A stretch of DNA of 64,000 nucleotides from positions 88,846,001 through 88,910,000 of the forward strand of contig OX597821.1 in NCBI GenBank assembly GCA_951406725.2, read 5' to 3'. Of the stretch, positions 1 to 13,340 are shown in pieces. The notes under the pieces are model-generated. The model saw nothing but the letters and a program-made list of their open reading frames with translations. It searched no databases and had not been told where the DNA came from. Both the position numbers and the translations under genes were made by a program. How positions within the stretch are numbered: position 1 is the stretch's first letter; each line of letters begins with the position of its first letter. This DNA comes from Octopus vulgaris (Eukaryota).

Positions 1-170
1 CGTTACGTTCTGAGCTCAAATTCCGCCGAGATCGACTTTGCCTTTCATCATTTCGGGGTCGATAAATTAAGTACCAGTTACGCACTGGAATCAATGTAAT
101 CGACTTAATCCGTTTGTCTGTCCTTGTTTGCCCCTCTATGTTTAGCTCTTTGTGGGTAATATAGAAATAA
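1..170 (+). mobile_element. SINE family A, cut by the window edge; tRNA-derived with a Meta-like central domain
   Basis: Matches the full copies at 23542, 37296 and 54634 (aaattccgccgag.tcgactttgcctttcatc.tttcggggtcgataaattaagtaccagttacgcactgg). Confidence 0.9.
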
Positions 171-393
171 AAATACTCATTGAGAGTATTTGAAATGTAG
201 AGAGCGGAGAGAAAGCAAATGAGAGAAGAAAAGGACAATAGCAGTGTATTTGTGAGCAAAAGTATTCGAATGGAGAGAAGGAGATTAAGAGAGAGAGAGA
301 GAGATAGAGAAAAACATTTAAGGAGAATTATGTCAGAGAGAACGAGTGTTGGGAAATTGTCAATGAGGGACTTTAAAATTAACGGGCAGTTCA

Positions 394-428
<35 letters not shown>

Positions 429-430
429 CT

Positions 431-474
<44 letters not shown>

Positions 475-484
475 TATTCTTTTT

Positions 485-752
485 CTTTTATTCTTTTACT
501 TGTTGTAGTTATTGGACTGAGGCCATGCTGGGGAAACGCCTTTAGTGGAACAAATCGAACCCAGAACTTATTCTTTGCAAGCTTAGTACTTATTTTATCA
601 GTCTCTTTTGCCGAACCGCTAAGTTACGGGGACCTAAACACACCAGCATCGGTTGCCAAGCGATGTTGGGGGGGGTCAAACACAAACATATACACACACA
701 TACATATATATACATATACATATATATATATATATCGAAATGTATATACGTG

Positions 753-808
<56 letters not shown>

Positions 809-950
809 TAAGACGGGCTCCTTTCAGTTTCTGTCTACCAAATCCACTCACAAGTCTTTGATCGGCCCGAGGCTATCGTAGAAGACACTTGCCCAAGGTT
901 TCACACAGTGGGACAGAACCCGAAACCATGTGGTTGGTAAGCAAGCTACT
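485..950 (-). mobile_element. SINE family B (tRNA head, CORE-like ccttgggcaagtg, internal TA/CA microsatellite), lacking the first ~22 nt
   Basis: Reverse complement of the copies at 15411 and 59727; breaks off at gcaagctactt (950). Confidence 0.88.
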
Positions 951-1239
951 TTATTTCATAAAATTAGTCATATAGACTGTACAAAGATTGGGTAGCTTTG
1001 CGGGCTGGAGAAACACATTAATGAACGAAAATGAAATAAAATGAATAAAAGAGAGACGAAACCCAACACTCGCCGATTGAATTTTTCAATATGAGGTTTC
1101 AAATCTCTTACAAGAAGGAGACACTAAAACCTCTTACTTAACATGTGTTTCTTTTTAAACACACAATTGACGTTATAAACCACTACAAATAATACAATAA
1201 GATGAGGTTTCAAACCCTCTAACGAGGTTTTTTCACCTC

Positions 1240-1434
1240 CTACTCATCGATGTATCCATCATCATCTTCAATGCTGTTTGAGTTCCTGTATCTAGCCATT
1301 TCCCATGCCTCACTCATGTAGGACATGTAAGTCGTGTAAGGGTCATCCGGCCATAGGCGACACGCCTCCCCAAATCCTTTAAGACTTTCCCACAAGGAAA
1401 ACTTATGACCTCCACAGCTATCTGCGGAGGCCAT
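1240..1434 (-). CDS. Candidate 64-aa intronless ORF of unknown function
   Basis: Non-repetitive, balanced composition with an acidic tail. CCAAT (1522-1526) and CATAAAAAG (1464-1472) lie upstream and AATAAA (950-955) downstream on the same strand. No family recognised. Confidence 0.25.
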   Translation of the reverse strand: MASADSCGGHKFSLWESLKGFGEACRLWPDDPYTTYMSYMSEAWEMARYRNSNSIEDDDGYIDE

Positions 1435-1574
1435 TCGGATTCCCCTGTCAATGGCATATCTGTCTTTTTATGTTCTAGTATTTACAATGGGGTTATTTAC
1501 ATTAAATGATATATATCTGTCATTGGATGGTGTATATTTTTGTCTTTATCTTACTTTAACGGAACAGTAAACTA

Positions 1575-1669
<95 letters not shown>

Positions 1670-1823
1670 CGAAATATCATCAGACTATGGATGACTAAAT
1701 TACAACAGGTATATAGCCCTTCGCTTGTATTATAGTGTGCTGTTGTACCATTCAAAACTTTCTATTCTTTATATATATAGATCAATAAATGGTGGGGTTG
1801 TGTTGACCGCACGTGGAGAAATG

Positions 1824-1928
1824 ATAAGCAAGGAAAAATTGTAAAAATGCAGAATGCTCGATTGAAAGAAAATTTTAATGAAATGAGAAAATGAAAAAGA
1901 GCATTCTGCATTTTTAGAATTTTCCTTG

Positions 1929-1933
<5 letters not shown>
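1824..1933. repeat. Inverted repeat (~35-bp arms, 39-bp spacer) abutting a (TA)n tract
   Basis: ataagcaaggaaaaattgtaaaaatgcagaatgctc (1824-1859) vs gagcattctgcatttttagaattttccttgcttat (1899-1933). Confidence 0.8.
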
Positions 1934-1988
<55 letters not shown>

Positions 1989-2051
1989 GTGTGCGCATAC
2001 ACACATACACACATACATATATATATATACATAGATGAACATAGACAATTC

Positions 2052-2096
<45 letters not shown>

Positions 2097-2108
2097 TGAG
2101 AGTAAGAG

Positions 2109-2170
<62 letters not shown>

Positions 2171-2269
2171 TAGCATATATTTTAATCTGCATATTAAGAG
2201 AGGGCGGAAAGGAGAAAGAAGCTAAGAAATGTTGATCAAAACAAATATGTGCTTTATGCTTTGCGTGCA

Positions 2270-2300
<31 letters not shown>

Positions 2301-2392
2301 AAGAAGAAGAAGAAGAAGAAGAAGAAGAAGAAGAAGACGAAAAAGAAGAAGAAGCAGGAGAAGAAGAAGAAGAAGAACAACAACAACAACAA
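1931..2392. repeat. Compound microsatellite cluster (TA)n, (AGAT)n, (GA)n, (AAG)n, (AAC)n
   Basis: Directly visible. Confidence 0.95.
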
Positions 2393-3021
2393 GATAGAGA
2401 GAAGGAGGGGGAGATATAAGGACGCAGAGATTGATAGATTAATATAGGGAAGAGATGGACGGAGGAAAATTGACCAATGGTGGTCTAGGCAAACAAAAAT
2501 ATAACGAATAAGGGAAAGCCTGTGAAAAGCAAAAATGGCGCACAAAGCCGAAATGCGACGAGCCTGAAGCGTGGTGCACAGAAACTGGATTGGCGAGGGA
2601 GACGGAGCTGTAGGTGGGTGGTTTAGTGAGAGAGGGTCGGTGGGGAGAGTGTGAAGCAGAAGTCAAAGAAATGTATACTACATTGCCATAAATCAGATAA
2701 TCACTGCCGAGAAGTGGAAAAACAATGGTAAGATAGAATCAGAGAAATATCACATATGGAGATAATGGCAGAAATGCAAGACGTAGAATAGGAAAATAGG
2801 AAAACGAATAATACGAAAACAACAAGAATAAAAGTAAAAGTGAGTGTTACGTATCCCCTCTGCTCGACCATATAAGAAATAAAAGAAAAAAAAATCAGAA
2901 ACATAAAACTCAAAAGCAGAATCAAGGTGACACACAGACAAGGAATGAATCAATATAGAATATTCGAGGTTTCGAGGTGTCTAATGGTGAAATAATAAAT
3001 TATATAAATCAGACGTGTGTA

Positions 3022-3082
<61 letters not shown>

Positions 3083-3384
3083 CGTGTCTGTGCGCGTGTG
3101 CATGTATGTGTGTGTGTCAATGCATGTGAGTTGATGTATGCATACATACACTAACATACGTACACATATGCATATTTTATACATATTTATATACATATAT
3201 ATATATATATGTATATATATATATGTATATATGTGTATATATGTATATATATGTATTATATATATATATACATATATATTGGTGGTATGGTAATAGTGTG
3301 GATACGTTGGAAATAAGGCATAAAGTGTGAAACTACATGTAAAAGTATGTTAAAGTACGAATGTATGCTTTCCCTCAGTCTCTA

Positions 3385-3427
<43 letters not shown>

Positions 3428-3502
3428 AGTTCTCTGCTCACACATACTTACACGCGCGCACACACCGGTATATATGTACATATATTCACACATATATATT
3501 TA

Positions 3503-3601
<99 letters not shown>

Positions 3602-3709
3602 TTATATACATATATATATGTATGTATATATGTATCTTTGATATCTGTCTACCAATATATTTGTGTGTGTATTCTTATACAGTGTGCACGTAAATTTATA
3701 TAGTAATAC

Positions 3710-4380
3710 TTGACAGAACATTTTTTGGCCGTTTTTTTAAGCAGCAGAGGATTAAGCTAGAATCTGTAAGGCATAATATGTCAATTATGTTCATCTGTGG
3801 AAATATTGACCAACATGTTTTAACATTTGAACCACGCAATAAATATAACTTCCTCGTGTTGTGTTCCGTCCCAAAATACCACACTTTTTTTGTAATTCCA
3901 TTTTATTTTCTTATGTAACATTCTCGTTATTTTGAGCGCCAAATGTTGAGGCTTAACAGAGCAAAGCATATTGAGGGATATTCTGTATGGCTGATCCCGC
4001 CCATCGCACTGTTTTATAACCCCAATTCTACATTTGTGAGTATTTTTAGATGACATGATATGTCGGATTTATAAGAAATAGGATAGGATATTTTGCCGTT
4101 TCTTACCAGAAAACTAGTACATAGTCCCATTATGGCTTGTGTACTCTTGATCACGGTTGAAGAAATTTCCCTCTAGCATTACATATGTCAATTAGCAATT
4201 GAAAATTAGAAGAACTTTCTAGAAGTTACCGATGTGAAAACATGTCGTCTAATTGTTAGGTTAGGGAACTCATGCTTGCTGAATGGGGGGCCACTCATAC
4301 GCTAATTCAATGAGAAGACAATACCTTGATCAAATACCTGTAACTTCATCGTCGAAATCAACGGAGGCCCATATGATTAT
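3710..4380 (-). pseudogene. Possible highly decayed Ty3/Gypsy pol (RT-RNase H junction) remnant
   Basis: Fragments KKSVVFWDGTQHEE and ILCLTDSS resemble the 'F.W...HEEAF' and 'L.TDAS' motifs in the expected order; many stops and frameshifts. Confidence 0.3.
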
Positions 4381-4603
4381 CTTCCATATGATTATTTGCT
4401 ATATAATTATACTCTTTTATAACCACAAACATCTCACCTGTTTCACAAATAATTTATCAGCGATTAGCGCTAACGAGAAAACTTGTTCTTACTAATGACC
4501 AATAATAACGTCACACCTCTCTGTGATATTTCCGATGAGAATTAATTTAAGGAATATTGAATAATTATAAATTAATGACAGAGATATTTAATATAAATTG
4601 TAT

Positions 4604-4652
<49 letters not shown>

Positions 4653-4683
4653 TAATAACAATAATAATAATAACAATAATAAT
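4604..4683. repeat. (AAT)n microsatellite at the 5' flank of the LINE
   Basis: Directly visible. Confidence 0.95.
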
Positions 4684-6179
4684 GGGACGAAATCAAATAT
4701 TCAGTGATGAGAGAAAGGATCAGAAGAGAATTTTATCGCAGGGTAAGGGCAATACTCAAGACAAAGTTGAATGCAAGAAACTGGATCGAAGCGATCAATA
4801 CTTTAGTCATACCAGTTGTGACTTTGTTTCAATATCATTAACTGCTCAATTACTGAGATATGTAATCTCGACAGAAAATACGAAACTAGTTGACAATGCA
4901 TAGAAAACACCACCCTAAGGCAGATGTAGAACGACTTTACCTGCCAAGAAAAGCGGGTGGCAGTGGATTTTTGCAACTGGAACTAATAATGAAGATTGCT
5001 GCAATTCGCTTAGACACCTACCTGAAAAACTCTGATGACTGGATATTAAAACTTGTCTCAAAACGTGAAAATAAGAAAGCATAATACTCAGTAACAAAAC
5101 AGGCAAAGGAATATCTAAGTGAATTCCAAATAAACAAATTCCAGAATTATACTTACTAGAAACAAGCACATAAAAAGTTAAGTGTATGAAAACCCTTGCT
5201 AAAAGAGATACTTTAGATATTCTTATTGATAAATGGCAAGAAAAACCTCTCAATGTCAAATAGCCAAAGAGAGCTAATAGTGCCGATGTTGACAAAGCCC
5301 TTACCCATCAATGGCTAGTGGCTTCTGGCTTGAAATCAGAAACAGAAGTGTTTATCATAGCAGCCCAAGATCAATGCCTACCTACAATGAGATACCAGAC
5401 CAACATATTAAAGAACGGCAGTAGTTCAACATGTCCTGTATGTCAACAACAAAATGAAACCATTGATCATGTTGTCTCCATGTGCAATCTTCTTGCGCCT
5501 ACTGAGCATCTCAACAGGCATGATAGAACAGCACAATATATTCACTGGGTAATTTGCAAAGACCTGGACCTGCCACATGATAAAAACTGGTGGGAACACA
5601 AACCACCTCTAGTGCGTGAAAATGATCATATCAAACTCCTCTGGAACTTCACCATTCAAACTAACAGAGAGATAGATACGAATAGGCCAGACATCATATT
5701 GAAAGACTTCAGACAAAGAACATGCCTCCTCACTGATATGACTGCCGCAATCTGGATAAATGTATCTGTCAAGACCTACCGAAAACTGAGCAAGTATAAA
5801 GATCTTGAAATAGAAATTGGCAAGATGTGGAACCTCAAGACTAAAACAGTACCTATTGCCGTAAGTTCTCTTGGAACGATAGCAAAAGGGACTGATTGCT
5901 CCTTAGCTCAGATACCAGGAAACCCCAAAATGGCAGAAATTCAGAAGATAGGGCACATGGGAACTGCCCATATCCTACATAACATACTGTCTATGTGATC
6001 TCAAATTTTAAAACAAATTCATAATTTTCTTAAGTTTTCTTATACATTCTGCAGAAAAATACTATGTGCAAAACCAAATATATGGCATAACAATAACATG
6101 AACTTCTAACTTGTCTCTTGAGGTCTCGGGGTGAGACTTCGAGTCAACTTGTACAAACACAAAGCAAAAGTGGAACGTA
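4682..6179 (+). mobile_element. 5'-truncated non-LTR retrotransposon with restriction-like endonuclease (R4/Dong-like), pseudogenised, with 3' UTR
   Basis: HHPKADVERLYLPRKAGG.G motif, then CCHC knuckle CPVC...ETIDHVVSMC, RHD, RPDII and KLSKYKDL (ORF 5318-5998). In-frame stops at 5171 and 5261. Confidence 0.92.
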
Positions 6180-6206
6180 ATGATGATGATGATGATGATG
6201 ATGATG

Positions 6207-6248
<42 letters not shown>

Positions 6249-6257
6249 GTAATAATA

Positions 6258-6310
<53 letters not shown>

Positions 6311-6346
6311 TTAAAAAAATAAATAATAATGATAATAATAATAATA
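6180..6346. repeat. (GAT)n(AAT)n microsatellite at the 3' flank of the LINE
   Basis: Directly visible. Confidence 0.95.
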
Positions 6347-6405
6347 AAAACCCACTTTGATATTGATAAACTACAATATATTACACTAAAAACCACCGAA
6401 TATCG

Positions 6406-6460
<55 letters not shown>

Positions 6461-6918
6461 AACATTCTTATATATATGTACGTATGTATATGTACGTTAG
6501 TTAAGTTTTCATTTGGAAGCACAGTAGAATTGTCTATCTTTCTAGTATAAAGTATGATGCTTTTTTCTCTTCGCTAAATGTGATACTTGTGAATATTGAA
6601 AAATAAGAATTAACAGTTGACAATAGAAAATGGCCGATTTTGGAAAAAGCGAACTACAAGACCCTTATTTTGTAATTGAGAAACCAGTTGACAGGCAATC
6701 GATGGAGATATAGCTCGCAGCTCTTGTTATCCTTTTTAATTGCAATTATTAGGTTTATTGGATTTATCATTTATTGCAATTTCTTTATAAGACACGAAAA
6801 ATTAAACGAACCTATTATATGTATGTGTGCGCTTGAGTGTTTATGTGTGCTTAAGTGGTTGTGTGTACATATGCATTTATGTTAGTGTATGCGTTTATAT
6901 ATATGTGTATGTACACGT

Positions 6919-7832
6919 ACACGAAGGGGTTCCCAAAAGTAACCGGAAACCTTCACTGTAGAAGGCTTCCGCTACTACAAGCCACTTGATGTGACACTCA
7001 GGCCTCCGTTTGCCAACCGGTGTTGTCGCATGAGGTCCTACTGTCATGTGGTGCATATTTGTTTTGCGGTGCTTTCTCATGTTCATCGATTTTTGCGATG
7101 GCTGAAACGCAGGAACAGCGTGCTTCCGTGAAATTCTGTTTTCTGCTGTGGAAAACGGCGGCTGAAACAGTTGTCATGCTTCAAACAGCTTACAAAAACG
7201 ATGCCGTGATCAGAACACAAGTTTACGAGTAGATTTCACTTTAGGAATGACTGCTTGTCGCTTAAGACCAATCTTGTTCAGGACGACCGTCGACCTCGCA
7301 AAGGAATGAAAACAACATCAAAATTCATGAACTGAACTTAGAGGAACGTTACCGAAGAATTGACGAGCTTGTTGATATGACTGGTGTGTCCTGGATGACT
7401 GATGTGTCCTGGTTGACTGACGTGTCCTGCCAACGAATTTTGAGCGAGGAATTGCGAATGGAAAGAGTTGCTGCAAAATTTGTGGTTCGCTCGCTCACGG
7501 AACATCAAATGCAGCCATGACTGAATTCGTGTCGTGAACTGAAGAAACAGCCGGAAGTTGATCCGGACCTTTTTAAAGTGTCCTCACTAGTGACAAAAGC
7601 TGATGCTACGGAATTTCTAGATGTGTAAGAAGTGAAGGAAATAACGATGGCAGCGTTAAAAGCATCTCTTCGCAAGAGTTCTAAAACTGCTTCGAATAGC
7701 GGGAAAAAAACCCGCCTGGCCCGATGCTTTGCTTCACATGGAGAATAATTTGTGGGCGATAAAAGTGTAAACATGTAAAACTGAGTAAAATAATATTGTA
7801 AAATTAGGGTTTCCATTGCCTCCCACCTCGTA
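6919..7832 (+). mobile_element. Internally deleted mariner-type DNA transposon
   Basis: ATG at 7098 gives MAETQEQRASVKFCFLLWKTAAETVVMLQTAY (mariner N-terminal HTH), then SGRPSTS and RVAAKFV. The catalytic region is missing; degenerate ends acgaagggg / cctcgta. Confidence 0.85.
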
Positions 7833-8496
7833 TATCTATAGTCAGCGAGTATATTTACATATATTACATATATGTGGTGTTTGTGATTTTGTATTATATA
7901 TATTTACTCACAGACAAATACGCGCGCGCAACACACAGATACTTGCCTCACCTATCGTAAACGACGCATGAGAATGTCGCAAATTTCGGATCAGCAACCT
8001 GCGCAAATTATTCTTTTATAACGATCAAATGTTCGGGCTGTACAATCGCTCACACACTCATTAAAATTGACATTGCGTGTACAGGTGCATGCTGTTCTAC
8101 ACGTCAGTTGTTGAAATGGTCGCAGAGCAACTTCAGATGAAGTGTTTTACCCAAAAACAAAACGCACTCCAGAGAACGGGTCTCAAAAACAACCACGATG
8201 TTGCGACTACACGTGTATTGGTTTCGATTACCAAGGATAATAATAAAAAAAATTATCTATTCCCGAGAATAATAAAATAATACCTTGAAAGATCGAAACA
8301 TTGCACAGCTTCTCACCAATCACTGCATATACGTATAAATATTCATACTCGGCAAATTTAAATAAATAAATATATGTATATGCCTGTCTGTCTGTATGTA
8401 TGAATGTGTGTATGAAGCTTTCTTCCCCCACCCTCTTTCCCCCCTCTCTCCCCATATATAAATATATAGATAAACACACAAACATATATATGTCTG

Positions 8497-9680
<1,184 letters not shown>

Positions 9681-10365
9681 TTAATAACGTATGTTATTAA
9701 AGCACAAAGGTAGACCAAGTCTCGTTAATCCAGTTAAATGTGAGGAGGATATTATGGGTAATAAGAAATTACACAGACTAATCAGTAGCCATGAAGACCA
9801 AATTCTGCATAATACTGTATAAGTCTTATAGCTAGATATTTTGGATTTTAATATTTGGGGTTTACTGTCATCTGAGATGTGACCAGAATAATTTTTCCCT
9901 AATAAAAAATGGCCCATAATATTTGTAATTTTATTTAAATGTTATCGTAGACTACTTTGATGCCGCGTACATTGCCTTCAGAAACGCGTAGCGGCTTTCT
10001 AGAAGGTGAGCTTCATCACTTGAAATTGAGAGCGATTTCACCATTGGTCTTTAAGACAAAGGACAAAATAGAATAGGTGTGTATGAAGTGTTGCACTGAA
10101 ATGAATGAGACTTAGAGATTTTGCTGTGAGCAATATTTAGGGATTGTATATGGAATATTAGTGTACAACTGATTTCAAATAGTGCATCGTCTGCGCTGGA
10201 AGTTGTGCTGATTTGGCAGAATCAAATTCATTCCTTGGACGGGACAAGGTATATATTTCCGTTGTTTCGGGAGAGAAGATTATCTAAATGAAAATATAAT
10301 CGCAATTTTGTTATTCTGAAATTAACTCTTTCTAGATAAACAAGCATATATTTATATATGCATGT

Positions 10366-10386
10366 ATCTATCTATCTATCTATCTG

Positions 10387-10436
<50 letters not shown>

Positions 10437-10507
10437 CATCTATCTATATATAAATATATAGTAGTAGTAGTAGTAGTAGTAGTTGTAGTAGTAGTAGTAG
10501 TAGTAGC

Positions 10508-10543
<36 letters not shown>

Positions 10544-10573
10544 TGTTGTTGTTGTAGTAATAGTAGTAGTAGT
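10366..10573. repeat. (TATC)n followed by (TAG)n microsatellite
   Basis: Directly visible. Confidence 0.95.
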
Positions 10574-10681
10574 TACAGTAAAGAGGAATTTCGTCTATCC
10601 CCACGTGGTGAGTTGTAATGTATATAAGAAATTAAAAAAAGAAAATACGCACACTTACATAGTTTTAATATAATTTTTAAG

Positions 10682-10716
10682 ATATCGACCGGTTTCGCTA
10701 TCGCTATTCATGATAT
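10682..10716 (-). ncRNA. Degenerate minimal type I hammerhead ribozyme motif
   Basis: AUAUC-AUGAAUA-GC GAUA GC-GAAA-CCGG-UC-GAUAU: 5-bp stem I, palindromic stem III, GUC site, two substitutions relative to CUGANGA. Confidence 0.55.
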
Positions 10717-10778
10717 TATGTTTTATTTATTTGAATATATTTTTTCTTAAGAAGAAATTTGGTCCATGTTGTGCGTGA

Positions 10779-10817
<39 letters not shown>

Positions 10818-11651
10818 AATAGTCCAGAAAAATAGCATATAGTATAGTTCAGTATAGTTCATAGCAGTTTGTTGTTATACTCATTAGCACACAACTTAGA
10901 GTTTTGTGGACGTGCCCTATAAATACCAGAAGTATGTATATACGTATGTATACATACTTACATGTATATGTATGCCCATAAATGTACTCATATTATTCAT
11001 GACATATTTAATGGTATATAAATAAAATAATTATAATAATATACTTATTGTACATAGTTACAATCATTAACTCATGCACGGAGAGACATACATTGCAGCA
11101 ATTCTCTTGAGACAATAAATTCTACATATTGACAATTCGTGTGAAATAAATCACACCATTTGGGATGTAAATCATATCATCGTACTGTAGTCTACACGAA
11201 CATGTTACCTATGATTTTACTCACCTATATGTCATTCAACGCAGTCTAGTGCACCTCTGGTTAATTTATTCCACCTTGACAAAACATTGTGCACATCAGC
11301 AAATATACCATTTTTTGTTCTAATATAAAGGCAGTAATTACTTAGTGGCTATGAACGACAACTCAGTATTATCGGCTGATAAAGTATGTGAACAGAGAAA
11401 AGCAGCCGGACTGTGGTCCGATAGCACCGTACAAGCTAAGTGGTGTGTTTTTCTCTATTATTGTTTACAAGTAAAAAGAAAACTTTCTAGATATAATTTA
11501 TCCAGTGTATGTCTATCCATGTCCGAATGTATTTCAACATGTTAAACAGAACTGCACAAATCCCACTCTTTCTCTATATATATATACATATCTATTAACA
11601 GAATTAGATAAAAATACAAAGCTGTGAAAGATTTCAGAACATTTAAAAAAT

Positions 11652-11700
11652 GGTCTTACAGCTGTTTCTGGGATATTTTATATATCCCTTCATCGAAGAC
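11652..11700 (-). ncRNA. Hammerhead ribozyme motif, core mutated (UCGAUGA)
   Basis: GUCU-UCGAUGA-A GGGAUAU auaaa AUAUCCC A-GAAA-CAGCUG-UA-AGAC. Confidence 0.6.
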
Positions 11701-11803
11701 GGTGTGAGAAAATGGTTAAGCAACAGTTATTCTTCACTTCCTCCACTTCACTCTCTATTTCATATTTTATCTAGAATAACTATTGCTTAGCCATTTTCTC
11801 ACA

Positions 11804-11854
11804 CCGTCACTGATGAAGAGATATAGAAAATATCCCGGAAACAGCTGTAAGAGC
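11804..11854 (+). ncRNA. Hammerhead ribozyme motif, core intact, stem I eroded
   Basis: CUGAUGA (11810-11816), stem II GAGAUAU/AUAUCCC, GAAAC AGCU GUA (11838-11849). Confidence 0.7.
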
Positions 11855-12034
11855 TTCTATTTATAAAGTTCTGATATCTTTCACAGCCTTGGATTTTTAT
11901 CTCATTCTGTTAATTTTTTTATATACACACATGTCCTACGTTGTACACCTCATTCCCATAATCACCGAACCTTGAACTTAACTATAGTCTCTCCATAGCA
12001 CTTAGCATTACCTGACACCTTTCTCTCATAACCT

Positions 12035-12078
<44 letters not shown>

Positions 12079-12083
<5 letters not shown>

Positions 12084-12493
12084 TATCAAGGGAGGAAGGG
12101 CGAAAACGACCTGTCCCGAGCATGCTTGAATTGCCGATACCTTCAATAAACTACCAAAAAATCCAGATAAATATACACATAGCTGAAAGCTCACTAATGA
12201 GATGAAATTAAAATGACCTCACGTTAATTGTGAGTTGGTTCTAGTTTCTGGATTGAAGCAAAACATAAGCCTTCTTCCTTGTGTTGATGAAAGGGGAAGG
12301 CTTATTTTTTTTGCTTTAATCCAAAAATGTGAACCAATTCGCAATTAACGTGAGATCTTTTTAACTTTCTTTCACTAGCCCGCTTTCAACTATGCGTATA
12401 TTTATCTGGAGTTTTTGGTAGTTTCTTGAAGGTATCGGCACTTAAAGCATGCTGGAGACAGGTCGTTCTTGCCCTTACTCTCTTGATATAATT
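12079..12493. repeat. Long imperfect palindrome (~195-bp arms, ~20-bp loop) next to (TA)n
   Basis: 12079-12274 is the diverged reverse complement of 12296-12493. Confidence 0.85.
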
Positions 12494-12938
12494 TTATACT
12501 TATGTATATTATTATTAATTTAATGTATAAATAGCCTATAAATTTTTATAGCCAGCTGATTATTTGATAAAAATCAATAACGTGATTTTTATCCTTATAT
12601 ACTATATATATCATTAAAGGATAAAGTTATTAAATTAATGAATTTTATCAGTGGACAGCATATAAAAATAACCTATTAGGTAAAATTCATATATAGAGAT
12701 GGACGTATTTGACTTCTCTTTCTAACATATAGGCATGATAGCTTCTGTGCCCTTGATTATAATTGTATTCTATATAATTACCTCTCTCTGTCTATGACTC
12801 TCTCTGCCTGTGTGTGTGTGTTTCTCTCTCTCTATATATATATATTTATATATACATTTATGCGTTTATGTGTATGTTTGAATGTGAATGATATTTGTTT
12901 ACTGCAGATAACATTGTGAGATAGACACATCTAATGTT

Positions 12939-13309
12939 CATTTCAAATTTCGGCACAACCGCAGCAATACTGGGGTATGCAGCAAGTCGATTACGTCGAC
13001 CTCATTACTCAACTGCTGCTTATTTTATCGGCCCCGAAAGGATGAAAGGCAAAGTCGACCTCGGCGGAATTTGAGCTCAGAATGTAGCGGTAGACAAAAT
13101 ACCTATTTCTTTACTACCCACATAGAGAAGACAAACGGATTAAGTCGGTTATATCGACCTCAGTGCGTAACTGGTACTTATTTAATCGACCCCGAAAAGG
13201 TGACAGGCAAATTCGACTCGGCGGAATTTGAACTCAGAACGTAACGGCAGACAAAATACTGCTAAGCATTTTTCCCGGCGGGCTAACGATTTTGACAGAT
13301 CTTTGCCTT
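12939..13309 (-). mobile_element. SINE family A, dimeric form
   Basis: Two body units joined at ...aaatacc|tatttctttactacccac, the same junction as in the trimer at 50914. Confidence 0.85.
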
Positions 13310-13340
13310 AATATTATATCTGATATTACAATTTAATATA

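Larger units (their letters stand above)
11595..12037. mobile_element. Fold-back element (arms 11595-11733 / 11773-11913) with a hammerhead motif in each arm; Penelope pLTR-like
   Basis: Arms are reverse complements. Homologous to 28681-29095 and flanked by TA tracts. Confidence 0.8.

Noticed and set aside
9950-9996. GAAACGCGUA resembling a hammerhead 3' half
   Set aside because: The upstream box is ttgatgc, and neither stem I nor stem II forms convincingly.
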